DNA of 64,000 nt from Nannocystales bacterium (GCA_050633305.1 JBOEGF010000022.1:32001-96000); one strand, 5' to 3'; counted from the first letter of the stretch, positions 27,319 to 37,962 are shown. Translations and numbers: made by a program. Notes: generated by a model from the letters alone, not told the origin.

Positions 27319-29043
27319 ATGTCCTTGCTTCGCCGTCTTGTTCCCGCTGCCACGTGGCTCCGCTCCTACGAGCGTGCCGACCTTCAGTCGGACCTGTCCG
27401 CTGGCCTTACCACCGCGGTCATGCTCATCCCCCAGGGGATGGCGTACGCGATGTTGGCCGGGTTGCCTCCGATCATCGGGCTGTATGCCTCCACCATTCC
27501 GATCGTCCTCTACGCGCTCTTTGGCAGCTCTCGCCAACTCGCCGTGGGCCCGGTCGCGATGGTGTCCCTCCTGGTCGCGACTGCGCTCACGCCGTTGGCA
27601 GAGGCGGGCAGTACCGAGTACGTCGGGTACGCGGTGGCCCTTGCCTTGCTGGTCGGCCTGATTCAGGCGGTCATGGGTTTGCTGAGAGCGGGGTTCCTCG
27701 TCAACTTCCTGTCCCACCCCGTGGTCAGTGGCTTCACCTCGGCGGCGGCACTCATCATCGGGCTCAGCCAGCTGGGCCATCTGCTGGGTGTCAACATCCC
27801 GCGCAGTCACCACATTCACACCATCATCCTTGGCGCGATCGACCGGGTCGCCGAAGTCCAGCCGAGTACGGTGCTGATCGGGGCTGTCAGTATTGCGGTC
27901 CTGGTCGCGCTCAAGCGACGGGCGCCGAAGCTGCCGCGTGCGCTCATCGTCGTGGTCGGGGGCACGCTCGTGGTGTGGGGCTTCGACCTCGCTTCCTCGG
28001 GGGTGGCGATCGTCGGAGAGGTGCCTGCGGGTCTGCCCGCGCCGACGCTGCCCGTGTTCGGAGGCGACACGCTCGCGTCATTGCTCCCGACTGCGGTCAT
28101 CATCTCGTTGGTCGGTTTCATGGAGTCGGTGTCGGTGGCCAAGGCGTTCGCATCCCGGAACCGCTACGAGATCGAGCCGAACCAGGAACTCGTGGGACTG
28201 GGGCTCGCCAACCTGGGTGCGGCCGTCTTCGGGGGCTACCCGGTGACCGGCGGGTTCTCCCGTACGGCTGTGAACGCGCAGGCCGGTGCTCGGACGCCCC
28301 TCGCCGGTTTGGTGACGGCGCTGGTGGTCATGGGGACGCTGTTGTTCCTGACCCCGTTGTTCTACTTCCTGCCCAAGGCCGTGTTGGCCGCGGTGATCAT
28401 GACGGCGGTCTTCGGTCTCATCGATGTCGCGGAGGTTCGCCACTTGTGGGCCGTGGACCGTGCCGACCTGGCGCTGCTGGTCCTGACGTTTGTTGGCACG
28501 CTCGCGTTGGGAATCGAGGCCGGAATCGGCCTGGGCGTGGCCGCGTCGCTGCTCTGGTTCGTCGTTCAAACCAGCCGTCCCCACGCGGCGGTGTTGGGTC
28601 GGATCCCGGGCACGACGTCGTATCGCAACGTATTGCGGAACCCGGCCGCGCAGCAGGTGCGCGGCGTGTTGATCCTGCGGATGGACGCCAGCTTCTACTT
28701 CGGGAACGTCACGTTTCTCAAAGAGATGATTCGCGACTCGGTTGCGGTCGCGGAAGAGCGTCCTTCAACCGTCATCCTCGATGCGAGCAGCATCAACCGA
28801 CTCGACTCCTCCGCCAACGCGGCGATGTCGGACATTGTCCGCTCGCTTGCGGATCAAGGCATCCGATTCGTCCTCGCGGGCCTCAAGGGGCCTGTCCTCG
28901 ACGCGCTACGCCGAAGTGGCCTCGACACCGAGGTGGTCGGAGCGTCGCCGCACTTGTCCGTGCACGATGCGGTCGTAGCATTGGAGTCCGATCCCCCTCA
29001 GACTGAACCTGCCGTCCAAGCGGGCATGCGCACCGCAAGCTGA
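27319..29043 (+). CDS. sulP: SulP/SLC26 anion transporter with STAS domain
   Basis: DLSAGLT, IPQGMAYA, FGSSRQLAVGP, NQELVGLG, TGGFSRTAVN and a C-terminal STAS domain. Confidence 0.93.
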   Translation: MSLLRRLVPAATWLRSYERADLQSDLSAGLTTAVMLIPQGMAYAMLAGLPPIIGLYASTIPIVLYALFGSSRQLAVGPVAMVSLLVATALTPLAEAGSTEYVGYAVALALLVGLIQAVMGLLRAGFLVNFLSHPVVSGFTSAAALIIGLSQLGHLLGVNIPRSHHIHTIILGAIDRVAEVQPSTVLIGAVSIAVLVALKRRAPKLPRALIVVVGGTLVVWGFDLASSGVAIVGEVPAGLPAPTLPVFGGDTLASLLPTAVIISLVGFMESVSVAKAFASRNRYEIEPNQELVGLGLANLGAAVFGGYPVTGGFSRTAVNAQAGARTPLAGLVTALVVMGTLLFLTPLFYFLPKAVLAAVIMTAVFGLIDVAEVRHLWAVDRADLALLVLTFVGTLALGIEAGIGLGVAASLLWFVVQTSRPHAAVLGRIPGTTSYRNVLRNPAAQQVRGVLILRMDASFYFGNVTFLKEMIRDSVAVAEERPSTVILDASSINRLDSSANAAMSDIVRSLADQGIRFVLAGLKGPVLDALRRSGLDTEVVGASPHLSVHDAVVALESDPPQTEPAVQAGMRTAS

Positions 29044-29072
29044 ACCCAACCCACCGCGTCCGAAGGAAGACC

Positions 29073-30128
29073 ATGCTGTTTCGACAACTCTTTGACCGGG
29101 ACACCGCCACGTACACCTATCTGCTCGCCGACGAACAGACGCGAGAGGCTGTCCTCATCGATCCGGTGCGGGAGCAACTCCTGCGAGACACTGAACTGCT
29201 CGAGGAACTCTCCTTGAAGCTCGTGTGGGTGCTCGAAACCCACGTACATGCCGACCACATCACGTCGGCGGGCACCCTTCGACAACGCTTTGGTGCTCGC
29301 ACGGTGATGTCCAAACACGCCGGGGTCGACTGTGCGGACCTGGCTGCGGAGGATGGAGAGACCGTCCAGTTCGGTGCGCACGAGATCGAGGTCCGGCTGA
29401 CCCCCGGGCACACCTCCGGGGACGCGACGTTTGTGGTGCACGCGGAGGGCAAGGCGTTTACGGGCGACACGCTGCTGATTCGCGGCTGCGGCAGGACCGA
29501 CTTCCAGCAGGGAGATGCACGCACACTGTTCGCGTCGGTACACGAGAAGATTTTCTCGCTCCCCGAGCCCACCCAGCTCTACCCCGCGCATGACTACAAG
29601 GGAAGGACCTCCACCACGGTGCGCGAAGAGGTGTTGCACAACCCACGGTTGGGGGCGGGTCGCACCGTCGAACAGTTCGTCGAGATCATGGACGCGCTCA
29701 ATCTCCCGTACCCCACGCGCATCGACGAGGCACTGCCCGCCAACAGCAACTGCGGGGTCGCCCCGTGGGCTCCGATCGAAAATACCCACGGGGGCGTACC
29801 CGAGGTGACCATTCGTTGGGTCAAGGATGAGTCCAAGGCCGCGCAAGCTCGGGTCATCGACGTTCGGGAGCTCGCGGAGTGGGAGAACCCGATGGGACGG
29901 GTTCCGGGGTCACTCCATGCTCCGACGGCTGGGGTGCTAGAGACCGTGAGTGGGTGGGACCGAAACACTCGGATCGTGCTCGTATGCCGTTCGGGTGGGC
30001 GCTCTGGGCAGGTGGCCCTGGCGCTGCTCAGGGAGGGGTTTGCGTCCGCTGTGTCGATGCGCGGAGGCATGCTCGCGTGGGCGGATGCTGGGTACGACGT
30101 CGAACGGAGCCCGCAGGGTGCTTCGTGA
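29073..30128 (+). CDS. Persulfide dioxygenase (ETHE1-like MBL) fused to rhodanese
   Basis: LFRQLFD..T.TYTYLL, ETHVHADHIT, TPGHT, FTGDTLLIRGCGRTDFQQG and PAHDY; C-terminal VCRSGGRS. Confidence 0.9.
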   Translation: MLFRQLFDRDTATYTYLLADEQTREAVLIDPVREQLLRDTELLEELSLKLVWVLETHVHADHITSAGTLRQRFGARTVMSKHAGVDCADLAAEDGETVQFGAHEIEVRLTPGHTSGDATFVVHAEGKAFTGDTLLIRGCGRTDFQQGDARTLFASVHEKIFSLPEPTQLYPAHDYKGRTSTTVREEVLHNPRLGAGRTVEQFVEIMDALNLPYPTRIDEALPANSNCGVAPWAPIENTHGGVPEVTIRWVKDESKAAQARVIDVRELAEWENPMGRVPGSLHAPTAGVLETVSGWDRNTRIVLVCRSGGRSGQVALALLREGFASAVSMRGGMLAWADAGYDVERSPQGAS

Positions 30129-30169
30129 GCCCCAACCGGACGCCCGGTTGGTAGAAAGCGGGTCTGTCC

Positions 30170-31480
30170 GTGAGCATCTCGACAAGTCTAGTGTCGGTGG
30201 GGTGGAGCCTCGTCGCTGTGGCACCCGCCCCGGTGCAGCCAGCCGACCGCGGAATCGACCCATCTGCGCCCACCGCCGTGACGGGGGCCGAGGTTGCCGA
30301 TACTTCGCCTCGGGTTGCGGGAGGACTGTCCGCCGCGGACGGGCCTCGAGCGCCCGAGCCCGGCTCGTTGGGGAAAAACGCCGAGCCCGAAACCGAACCG
30401 GAAACCAACCCTGAGCCCGAGACACCGTCTCGGTGGCGCGGATTCAGGATCGTCTCCAAGGACGAGGAACACAGCTTGGCGTTTGGGTTTCTGGGCCAGC
30501 TCCGGACGACGGTGCGGGACACCACGGACGCTCGACTCCAGGGAGGCGTCGCCGTCCGCCTGGCCAGACCGGTTCTGATCGCCAACCTCTGGGGGGGCAC
30601 CGTTGCGATGCGTCTCATGCCCGAGTTCGCCGGACCGGCGCCCTCGATGCTCGATGGCACGGTCACCATCCGAGCCGCTGATGCGTTTGCTGTGCAGCTC
30701 GGCCAGTTTCGCCCTTGGATCAACCGTGGATTCCGCACCGGGCTTCCAGTCCTTGGGTTGCCCGGGCGCGGCGCGATCGTCGACCGCTTTCGTGTCGATC
30801 GAGACGTCGGCGCGACGGTTCACGGCCAGCCCTTCGGGGGCAAGTTCGAATACTACGTGGGCGTGATGAATGGGTCTGGTCGAGACATGACGACCTTGGC
30901 TCCCTCGCCGTTGTTGACCGCCCGCATCGTCGTCGCTCCATTGGGCGCGGTGCCGTATGTGCAAACGCCGTATGTGCGTGAGGTCGGACCTCGTTCCGCA
31001 GGGCGTCGTGACGAACCGACGAATCCACTCGCGGTCGCGGTGGGTGCGGGCGGATACACGGTGGCGGGACGAGAGTCGATCGTGCAGCCGGATGGCACCG
31101 TCGTGCGGACCGAGCCGCGACGGCGGTGGGGTGCGTCGGGAGACCTGGTGGTGTCGCGGCGGCGGGTCTTCGCTCTGGCGGAGGGGTTCTATGAGCGCCG
31201 GGCGGCCGCCGCTGAACTGGGCGTCCCGGCCGAAAACTCGTGGGGGGCCTACGCGCAGGCGGGAGTCCTGACGTGGAACCCCTTCGTCGACCTCACGATG
31301 CGGGCGGGGTTCATTGACGATGGACGCCCTCTGGCGCCGCTTGAGCCCGGGATCAATGCGTACATCTTCGGCAACAGCGGGAAGCTTCAGCTCTCGTACC
31401 GCTGCGATGTGAACGCAGGGCAGGGCGAGAGTGGATGCTTCGCCCACACCGGCACGCTGCAGGCTCAGCTTCAGTTCTGA
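30170..31480 (+). CDS. Outer-membrane porin, OprO/OprP anion-porin-like
   Basis: Amphipathic beta pattern; VQLGQFR, DRDVGA and YYVGVMNGSG; terminal aromatic residue (AQLQF). Confidence 0.7.
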   Translation: MSISTSLVSVGWSLVAVAPAPVQPADRGIDPSAPTAVTGAEVADTSPRVAGGLSAADGPRAPEPGSLGKNAEPETEPETNPEPETPSRWRGFRIVSKDEEHSLAFGFLGQLRTTVRDTTDARLQGGVAVRLARPVLIANLWGGTVAMRLMPEFAGPAPSMLDGTVTIRAADAFAVQLGQFRPWINRGFRTGLPVLGLPGRGAIVDRFRVDRDVGATVHGQPFGGKFEYYVGVMNGSGRDMTTLAPSPLLTARIVVAPLGAVPYVQTPYVREVGPRSAGRRDEPTNPLAVAVGAGGYTVAGRESIVQPDGTVVRTEPRRRWGASGDLVVSRRRVFALAEGFYERRAAAAELGVPAENSWGAYAQAGVLTWNPFVDLTMRAGFIDDGRPLAPLEPGINAYIFGNSGKLQLSYRCDVNAGQGESGCFAHTGTLQAQLQF

Positions 31481-33258
31481 GCCGTACTCGCAGGTGCCGT
31501 GTCGTGCTCGGACCCGGCCCCACCGGTGGGGTCTTCGGGCTTTGCCGTCGCCAGGAACGCTGCGAAGGCGTGCTCGCCCGTCGGGCACAACTCCGCGGCT
31601 CGCTCAAGCCCCGCCCCCAGGGCTCGGAACCATTGGCTGCGGGTTTGAAACACGTTGCTCGGACCGAGGCGTTGCAGGGCCCCCGAGCGCTGGAGCACCT
31701 CGTACGCCCGGGCGGTGACGCCAGCCAACACGATGTGGTGCCCTGCAGCGCGGGAGAGTTCGGCCAACTCGCCGAGCATCCCGGCGGTTGTGGCGTCCAG
31801 GCCCGAGGCTCGCTTGAGGCGGACGACCAGAACCTGCGTGCTCGGCTCGGCGAGGACCCGACTCAGCGCTTCGCGAAGCTCCCCCGCGGCGCCAAAGAAC
31901 AGGGATCCTTCGACGTGCAGGAGTCGGATCGGGTTTGGTGGAGCAGCTCCGTCTTCGGGCACCTCGGCCAGCCGGGGGCCCTCCGGGGCCAGTTCGGTGA
32001 CACGGACGAGCCGGGCGCGGCGCAAGAATAGGACCAGGCTAATGCCGACGCCGAGGTAGATCGCGACGTCCAACGAGAACGCCCAGGTCCCGAACATGGT
32101 CGCGAAAAAGGCGGCCGCATCTTCGTGCGAGCTTCGGACCGCGGCGCGGATCCGCCGGACGTCGATGAGGTCGTAGGCGACCACGAACATCAGACCGGCC
32201 AGGCTCGCGACGGGTGTGTGGTTGAGCAGCGGACCCAATGTGGCAAGCGCCCCCAGCATCATGAGGCCGCCGAAAACTCCCGACATGCGGGTACGCGCGC
32301 CGGCGCGCTCGTTCAGCGAGGACCGGGCCAAGCTTCCGCTGATCGGATACCCGCCGAAGAACGCGGCCGCGAGGTTGGCCAAGCCCTGGCCGAAGAACTC
32401 GGTGGACGCATCGAGGCGGGACCCTGTTCGGGAGGCGGCCGAGCGCGCGACGCTGCTGGACTCGACGAGCGAGAGCACAGCGCACGCGACCGCCAACGGG
32501 ATCAAACTTGGCGCCAAGCTGAGGTCGGGGACGGTCAGCGATGGGAATCCTGAAGGGATGGGTGCGAGGTCGGAGACGACCGCCAACCCGTGGCGCTCGA
32601 GACCGAACACGAGGTTGGCCACCAGTCCCAGCCCCATGGCCACGATCGCGCCAGGGATCCGCTTGCCGCCTCGCTTCTCGGCCCATCGGGCCGCGATGAC
32701 CAGCACTACGGTGGCGAGCGTGACGCCCACCGCCATCCCGCTCGCTTCGCCGAGCTGGTCCAGCCAACCACGGGTCGTGACCCAGATCCGGCCCCCGGGG
32801 CCGGAGGTTCCTGTGGCGTTGTGCAACTGTCCGAACCCGATGAGCACGCCCGCCCCGGTGATGTATCCGAGCACGACGGCGGTCGAGATGAAGTCCACGA
32901 GCGCGCCGAGACGGAGCAGACCGGAGGCGGCCTGAAACACGCCCACCAGCAGCGCGAGGGTCAGCGCCGTCGCGACCGGGTCGACTCCCATCTTGTCTGC
33001 CATGCCTGCGCCGACAAGGAGGCTCAGCGCGTTGGTAGGCCCGGCGATGACCAAGGGGGAGCTGCGAAACAGCGAGCCCACGATCGCGGGGATGGTCGCG
33101 GCGTAGAGGCCCACGACAGGCGGAAGCCCTGCGATCGTCGCGTAGGCCAGACCCTGCGGGACGCCGAGGAACAGCACGGTGAACGCCGCCAGCATGTCCG
33201 GCCCCAAGGCGTCCTTGGGGTATCGACGCAGTGGGGGGAGGGGAAGCCAGCGAGGCAT
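31471..33258 (-). CDS. sulP: Second SulP/SLC26 anion transporter with STAS domain
   Basis: VPQGLAYA, GPTNA, EFFGQGLAN, SGSLARS and GSLFFGAA. Confidence 0.92.
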   Translation of the reverse strand: MPRWLPLPPLRRYPKDALGPDMLAAFTVLFLGVPQGLAYATIAGLPPVVGLYAATIPAIVGSLFRSSPLVIAGPTNALSLLVGAGMADKMGVDPVATALTLALLVGVFQAASGLLRLGALVDFISTAVVLGYITGAGVLIGFGQLHNATGTSGPGGRIWVTTRGWLDQLGEASGMAVGVTLATVVLVIAARWAEKRGGKRIPGAIVAMGLGLVANLVFGLERHGLAVVSDLAPIPSGFPSLTVPDLSLAPSLIPLAVACAVLSLVESSSVARSAASRTGSRLDASTEFFGQGLANLAAAFFGGYPISGSLARSSLNERAGARTRMSGVFGGLMMLGALATLGPLLNHTPVASLAGLMFVVAYDLIDVRRIRAAVRSSHEDAAAFFATMFGTWAFSLDVAIYLGVGISLVLFLRRARLVRVTELAPEGPRLAEVPEDGAAPPNPIRLLHVEGSLFFGAAGELREALSRVLAEPSTQVLVVRLKRASGLDATTAGMLGELAELSRAAGHHIVLAGVTARAYEVLQRSGALQRLGPSNVFQTRSQWFRALGAGLERAAELCPTGEHAFAAFLATAKPEDPTGGAGSEHDTAPASTAQN

Positions 33259-33270
33259 GAGGAGCGAGGC

Positions 33271-33292
33271 CGCGTTTCAACGTTGCAACGCG
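33271..33292. promoter_or_regulatory. Near-perfect 22-bp palindrome, candidate operator/enhancer in a divergent promoter region
   Basis: CGCGTTTCAACGTTGCAACGCG with one mismatched pair, between sulP-2 and the molybdoenzyme operon. Confidence 0.55.
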
Positions 33293-33362
33293 ATTGGAAC
33301 AGACCATGCGACGTGCCTGCCCGAGAAGGTTCGAGGGACGCCGCTGCGCCTATTCTACGCGT

Positions 33363-33379
33363 CCGGCCCATTCCTTGCA
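33363..33379 (+). promoter_or_regulatory. Possible sigma54 promoter of the molybdoenzyme operon
   Basis: CCGGCCCATTCCTTGCA: GG-N10-GC with canonical TTGCA; +1 near 33390, start codon at 33396. Confidence 0.45.
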
Positions 33380-33395
33380 CAATCTGAGCCCACGC

Positions 33396-35042
33396 GTGAA
33401 CTACGGCTTCGTCATCGACAACCGCAAGTGCATCGGATGCCACGCGTGTTCCACCGCTTGCAAGAGCGAGAACGAGGTCCCGCTCGGCGTGAGCCGGACG
33501 TGGGTGAAGTATGTCGAGCAGGGCGCCTATCCCGACGTTCGCCGCAGCTTTCAGGTCAACCGTTGCAACCACTGCGAAAACCCGCCGTGTGTCCGAATCT
33601 GCCCGGTCACGGCCATGGTCCAGCGCGACGACGGCATCGTGGAGTTCGACCCGGGAACGTGCATCGGGTGCAAGGCCTGTATGCAGGCGTGCCCGTACGA
33701 TGCGATCTACGTGGACCCGGACCGCGGCACGGTCGCAAAGTGTCACTACTGTGCACATCGAGTCGACGTGGGACTCGAGCCCGCATGTGCGGTCGTCTGC
33801 CCCACGCATGCGATCATCGCGGGCGACCTCGACGATCCGACCTCCGAGATCGCCAAGCTTGCGGCCGGGAATGCAACGACCGTGCGCAAGCCCGAACAGG
33901 GCACCCGGCCGAAGGTGCTCTACATCGAGGGCGACGACCTTGCGATGCACCCCACCGCTGTCGGGACGCCCGAGCACATGATGTGGTCCGATGTTGTGGG
34001 CGAGCACCGCAGCGCACCCGCGAAGCGTCTTCCGGTCCTCGGGCAGGAGGTGCGCCGGGGCAGCGAGGGTCAGGCGCCGATGCGAGCCCCCCAGCCGCAG
34101 GGGCAACCGGCGGGCGGACCCATCCGCGGAGCCGGCACGCTGGCCGAGCACATGGTCCAGGTGGCCTACAACGCGCAGCACAAGATCCCGTGGCACTGGC
34201 CGGTGCCCGCCTACCTGGTGACCAAAGGCATCGCGACGGGCATCTTCTTGTTGCTGACCCTGGGCTTCGGGTTGGGCCTCTTCCCGGTCAGCACAGAAGC
34301 CGTGGCGGTCGGCGGCTTGGTCAGCGTGCTGATGACGCTGCTGACCACTGCGTTGTTGGTCTATGACTTGGAGCGGCCGGAGCGATTCTTGTCCATCCTG
34401 CTACGACCGCAGTGGAAGAGCTGGCTGACGCGGGGGGCCTTCCTGCTCGTCGCGTTTTCCACGGTCTCGGGGTTGTGGGTCGCGGGGGCGATCTTGGAGA
34501 CGCTCGACGTATGGACGATTCCGGCCGGAGTCACGGTGATGCTCACCTGGGTGACGTTGCCGCTGGCATTGGGCGCGGCCATCTACACCGCGTTTCTGTT
34601 TGCGCAGGCAGAGGGACGTGACCTGTGGCAGAGCCCCTTGCTGCCGATCCATCTGCTGGTTCAGGCGCTGATGATGGGGGCGGGCACCATGCTGGTCCTT
34701 GGGCTTGCCATCGAGCTTCCACCACGGTTGGTCGAAGTGAGCGGCGCGACGTTCACCGTGTGTGTCGTCCTCGATCTGATGATGCTGATGCTCGGCGAGT
34801 TCGGCATCCCGCACGCCAGCGAAATCGCTGCGCGTGCAGCCCACGAAATCTCGCGGGGCCGATACAAAAATCGCTTCTGGTGGGGTGCCATCGCGCTCGG
34901 CCACGGTGTCCCGTTGGCGGTGATGGTGCTCGGACCCCCTGGGCTCGCCCTCGCAGCGTTGAGTCTCGGCTGCGCGGGCATGGGCCTGTACCTCTACGAG
35001 CACGCCTTCGTCATGGCGCCGCAGGAGATTCCAAACTCATGA
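33396..35042 (+). CDS. Four-cluster Fe-S subunit fused to NrfD/PsrC membrane anchor
   Basis: CIGCHAC..AC, CNHCENPPC..IC, CIGCKAC..ACPY, KCHYC and PACAVVCP; then W..PVPAYL and DLERPERF with about 8 TM helices. Start at GTG 33396. Confidence 0.9.
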   Translation: MNYGFVIDNRKCIGCHACSTACKSENEVPLGVSRTWVKYVEQGAYPDVRRSFQVNRCNHCENPPCVRICPVTAMVQRDDGIVEFDPGTCIGCKACMQACPYDAIYVDPDRGTVAKCHYCAHRVDVGLEPACAVVCPTHAIIAGDLDDPTSEIAKLAAGNATTVRKPEQGTRPKVLYIEGDDLAMHPTAVGTPEHMMWSDVVGEHRSAPAKRLPVLGQEVRRGSEGQAPMRAPQPQGQPAGGPIRGAGTLAEHMVQVAYNAQHKIPWHWPVPAYLVTKGIATGIFLLLTLGFGLGLFPVSTEAVAVGGLVSVLMTLLTTALLVYDLERPERFLSILLRPQWKSWLTRGAFLLVAFSTVSGLWVAGAILETLDVWTIPAGVTVMLTWVTLPLALGAAIYTAFLFAQAEGRDLWQSPLLPIHLLVQALMMGAGTMLVLGLAIELPPRLVEVSGATFTVCVVLDLMMLMLGEFGIPHASEIAARAAHEISRGRYKNRFWWGAIALGHGVPLAVMVLGPPGLALAALSLGCAGMGLYLYEHAFVMAPQEIPNS

Positions 35043-37960
35043 CCGACCTCGCGACCTCGGTGGCCAACTTCCTGGGCGCGCTCTTCGGCCGCGCTCCTGA
35101 GACCAACGACGACTCACAGGAGCCGAGCAACGTTGCGGGGGAGGCATTGCCCGGGTTCTCGACCACGTCGGTCGAGCCGACCGAGCTCACACATGTCCAG
35201 CACCCCGACGGCCGCATGAGCACGTATCCCCCGGCCCACGCCTGGGACGATTGGGTGGAGTGGGACTCCAAAGCCTGGCCGCAACGCAAGGCTCGCCACT
35301 ACGCGTTGGTGCCCACGATCTGCTTCAACTGCGAGTCCGGCTGCGGGCTGATGGCGTACGTCGACAAGAAGACGTTCGAGATCCGCAAGTTCGAAGGCAA
35401 CCCGGTGCACCCCGGGAGTCGGGGCCGCAACTGCGCGAAGGGGCCTGCCACCCACAACCAAATCTACGATCCCGAGCGCATCTTGTATCCGCTCAAGCGG
35501 GTCGGAAAACGCGGCGAGGGCAAGTGGGAGCGGGTGAGCTGGGATGACGCGCTGGAAGACATCGGCGCCCGAATGCGGGAGAGCCGAAAGAAGCGACGCG
35601 ACGGCATCATGTACCACGTGGGGCGTCCGGGCGAGGACCACTACACCAACCGGTGCATCACCGCGTGGGGGGTCGACGGACACAACAGCCACACCAACAT
35701 CTGCTCGGCGGGTGCACGTGCCGGGTACGCGTTTTGGACGGGCATGGACCGGCCCAGCCCCGACCACGCCAACGCTCGGGTCATCCTGCTGATCTCCAGC
35801 CATCTCGAGACGGGGCACTACTTCAACCCGCACGCCCAGCGGATCATGGAGGCCAAGCTGGGCGGCGCGAAGATCATCACGATGGATCCGCGCCTGTCGA
35901 ACACAGCCTCGCGCTCGGATGTTTGGTTGCCGACGTGGCCGGGATCCGAGGCGACCGTGCTGTTGTCGATCGCTAGCTTCTTGATCCGGCGCCGGACCTA
36001 CAACCGCGAATTCATGAAGCGGTGGGTGAACTGGGATGAGTTCCTGGCATCGGCCCCGAGCGCACCGGGGATGCCGCAACTCCCCGCACCCGAGCCCGGC
36101 GAAGAGGGCACGTTTGCGTACTTCGAGCGCTGCCTCGAGGTCTGCTACGCAGGCTTCACGTTTGAGCGTGCTGCCGAGGAAGCACAGGTTCCGATCGAGC
36201 GCATCGAGGAGACGGCGCGGCTGATCGAGGCGGCGGGGGACAAGCTCGCGGCCCATACGTGGCGGGCGGCGTCGATTGGAAACCTCGGCGGGTGGCAGGT
36301 ATCGCGGTGCTTGTTCTTCCTCAACGTGCTGACCGGATCCGTCGGGACGCCGGGCGGAACATCGATGAACGCGTGGAACAAGTTCGTGCCCAAGCCGTTC
36401 AAGCAGCCGCCTGCGTTCAACGCCTGGAACGAACTCCATCTGCCGCAGGAGTGGCCGATGTCCTTCTTCGAGATGAGCTTCTTGCTCCCGCACTTCCTCG
36501 AGGAAGACCGCGGGGACATCGATGTGTACTTCACCCGGGTCTACAACCCGATGTGGATCAACCCCGATGGATTCATGTGGCTGCGGGCGTTGCAGGACAC
36601 CGAGAAAATGAAGTTCCACGTTGCGCTCACGCCCACCTGGAATGAGTCGGCGTGGTTTGCGGACTACGTGCTGCCGATGGGGCACTCCGGCGAACGCCAC
36701 GACATCATGAGTCAAGAAACCCATGCCGGAAAGTGGATCGGGTTTCGGCAACCCGTTCGCCGGGTCGCGATGGAGCGGGCGGGCAAGAAGGTCCGGTTCA
36801 CGCACGAAGCGAACCCGGGCGAGGTTTGGGAGGAGGCCGAGTTCTGGGTGGAGGTTTCGGGGCGTATGGACCCCGATGGATCGCTGGGGATTCGGGAGTG
36901 GTTCGAGAGCCCTGAGCGTCCGGGCGAGTTGGTCAGCCAAGACGAGTACTGGAAGTGGATCTTCGATCACTCGGTGCCCGGGCTCCCGAAGGCCGCCGAG
37001 GCACAGGGGCTGGACACGCTGCAGTACATGCGGAAGTACGGGTGCTTCGAGGTCACCAGCTCGAACTACGTGCCGTACGAGCGTGAGGTCTCCGAAGGGG
37101 GCGTGGAGATCGACGGCGTCCTGCGGGAGGGCTTCAAGACGCCAAGCAAGAAGCTCGAGCTGTACAGCCCCACGCTTCGGGACTGGGGGTGGCCCGAGGT
37201 GGAGCACGTGCTGCCGTGGACCCTGCAGAGCCACGTCGCCCCCGAGAACATCGACCGCGATGGCGGGGAAATGCTGTTGCTCCCCACATTCCGGCTGCCC
37301 ACGCTGATCCACACCCGCTCGGCCAATGCGAAGTGGCTGTACGAGATCAGCCACGCCAACCCGGTGTGGATGCACGTGTCCGATGCCGCGCGGCTTGGCG
37401 TTGTGACCGGGGACCTGCTGCGGGTCGAAACCGAGATCGGGTACTTCATCGACAAGGTCTGGGTGACCGAGGGCATCAAGCCTGGCGTGATCGCGATGAG
37501 CCACCACCTGGGCCGCTGGAGGCTCAAGGACGACATGGGCGGGAGCCCGGGGATGACTGCGCTTGCCGAACTCGAAGACCGAGGTGGCGGGGAACAGGCG
37601 CTCCATATCGTCAAGCAGGGAAGCGCTTGGGAGACCTTCGACCCAGACACGTCGAGGATCTGGTGGAAGGATGTGGGCGTGCATCAGAACCTCACCCATG
37701 GTGTGCACCCAGACCCGATCTCGGGCGCGCACTGTTGGCTGCAGCGGGCGCTCAACGTGCGCAAGGCTCGAGAAGGGGAGCGCCACGGAGACGTCGTGGT
37801 GGACACCCGCAAGTCGATGGAGGTTTATCGTTCGTGGCGGAACCTTGCCCGCTGCGCTCGGGAGCACAGCCCCGATGGCACCCGTCGGCCAATGTGGCTC
37901 AAGCGTCCACTCAAGCCCGTGCCCGAGGCGTATCTGCTTCCGGAGCGTGAGGAGAGCTGA
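35039..37960 (+). CDS. Molybdopterin (bis-PGD, DMSO-reductase family) oxidoreductase catalytic subunit, Psr/Ttr-like
   Basis: CFNCESGC...NCAKG (FS0), ERILYPLKR, SHTNICS, ESAWFADYVLP and TPSKKLE. Start at ATG 35039; no twin-arginine leader. Confidence 0.88.
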   Translation: MTDLATSVANFLGALFGRAPETNDDSQEPSNVAGEALPGFSTTSVEPTELTHVQHPDGRMSTYPPAHAWDDWVEWDSKAWPQRKARHYALVPTICFNCESGCGLMAYVDKKTFEIRKFEGNPVHPGSRGRNCAKGPATHNQIYDPERILYPLKRVGKRGEGKWERVSWDDALEDIGARMRESRKKRRDGIMYHVGRPGEDHYTNRCITAWGVDGHNSHTNICSAGARAGYAFWTGMDRPSPDHANARVILLISSHLETGHYFNPHAQRIMEAKLGGAKIITMDPRLSNTASRSDVWLPTWPGSEATVLLSIASFLIRRRTYNREFMKRWVNWDEFLASAPSAPGMPQLPAPEPGEEGTFAYFERCLEVCYAGFTFERAAEEAQVPIERIEETARLIEAAGDKLAAHTWRAASIGNLGGWQVSRCLFFLNVLTGSVGTPGGTSMNAWNKFVPKPFKQPPAFNAWNELHLPQEWPMSFFEMSFLLPHFLEEDRGDIDVYFTRVYNPMWINPDGFMWLRALQDTEKMKFHVALTPTWNESAWFADYVLPMGHSGERHDIMSQETHAGKWIGFRQPVRRVAMERAGKKVRFTHEANPGEVWEEAEFWVEVSGRMDPDGSLGIREWFESPERPGELVSQDEYWKWIFDHSVPGLPKAAEAQGLDTLQYMRKYGCFEVTSSNYVPYEREVSEGGVEIDGVLREGFKTPSKKLELYSPTLRDWGWPEVEHVLPWTLQSHVAPENIDRDGGEMLLLPTFRLPTLIHTRSANAKWLYEISHANPVWMHVSDAARLGVVTGDLLRVETEIGYFIDKVWVTEGIKPGVIAMSHHLGRWRLKDDMGGSPGMTALAELEDRGGGEQALHIVKQGSAWETFDPDTSRIWWKDVGVHQNLTHGVHPDPISGAHCWLQRALNVRKAREGERHGDVVVDTRKSMEVYRSWRNLARCAREHSPDGTRRPMWLKRPLKPVPEAYLLPEREES

Positions 37961-37962
37961 GC

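Noticed and set aside
34625..35038. N-terminal extension of the Mo subunit in the ORF track as a possible signal region
   Set aside because: It overlaps the NrfD coding sequence out of frame. The ATGA-coupled start at 35039 is more plausible, and the extension has no Tat-like hydrophobic region.
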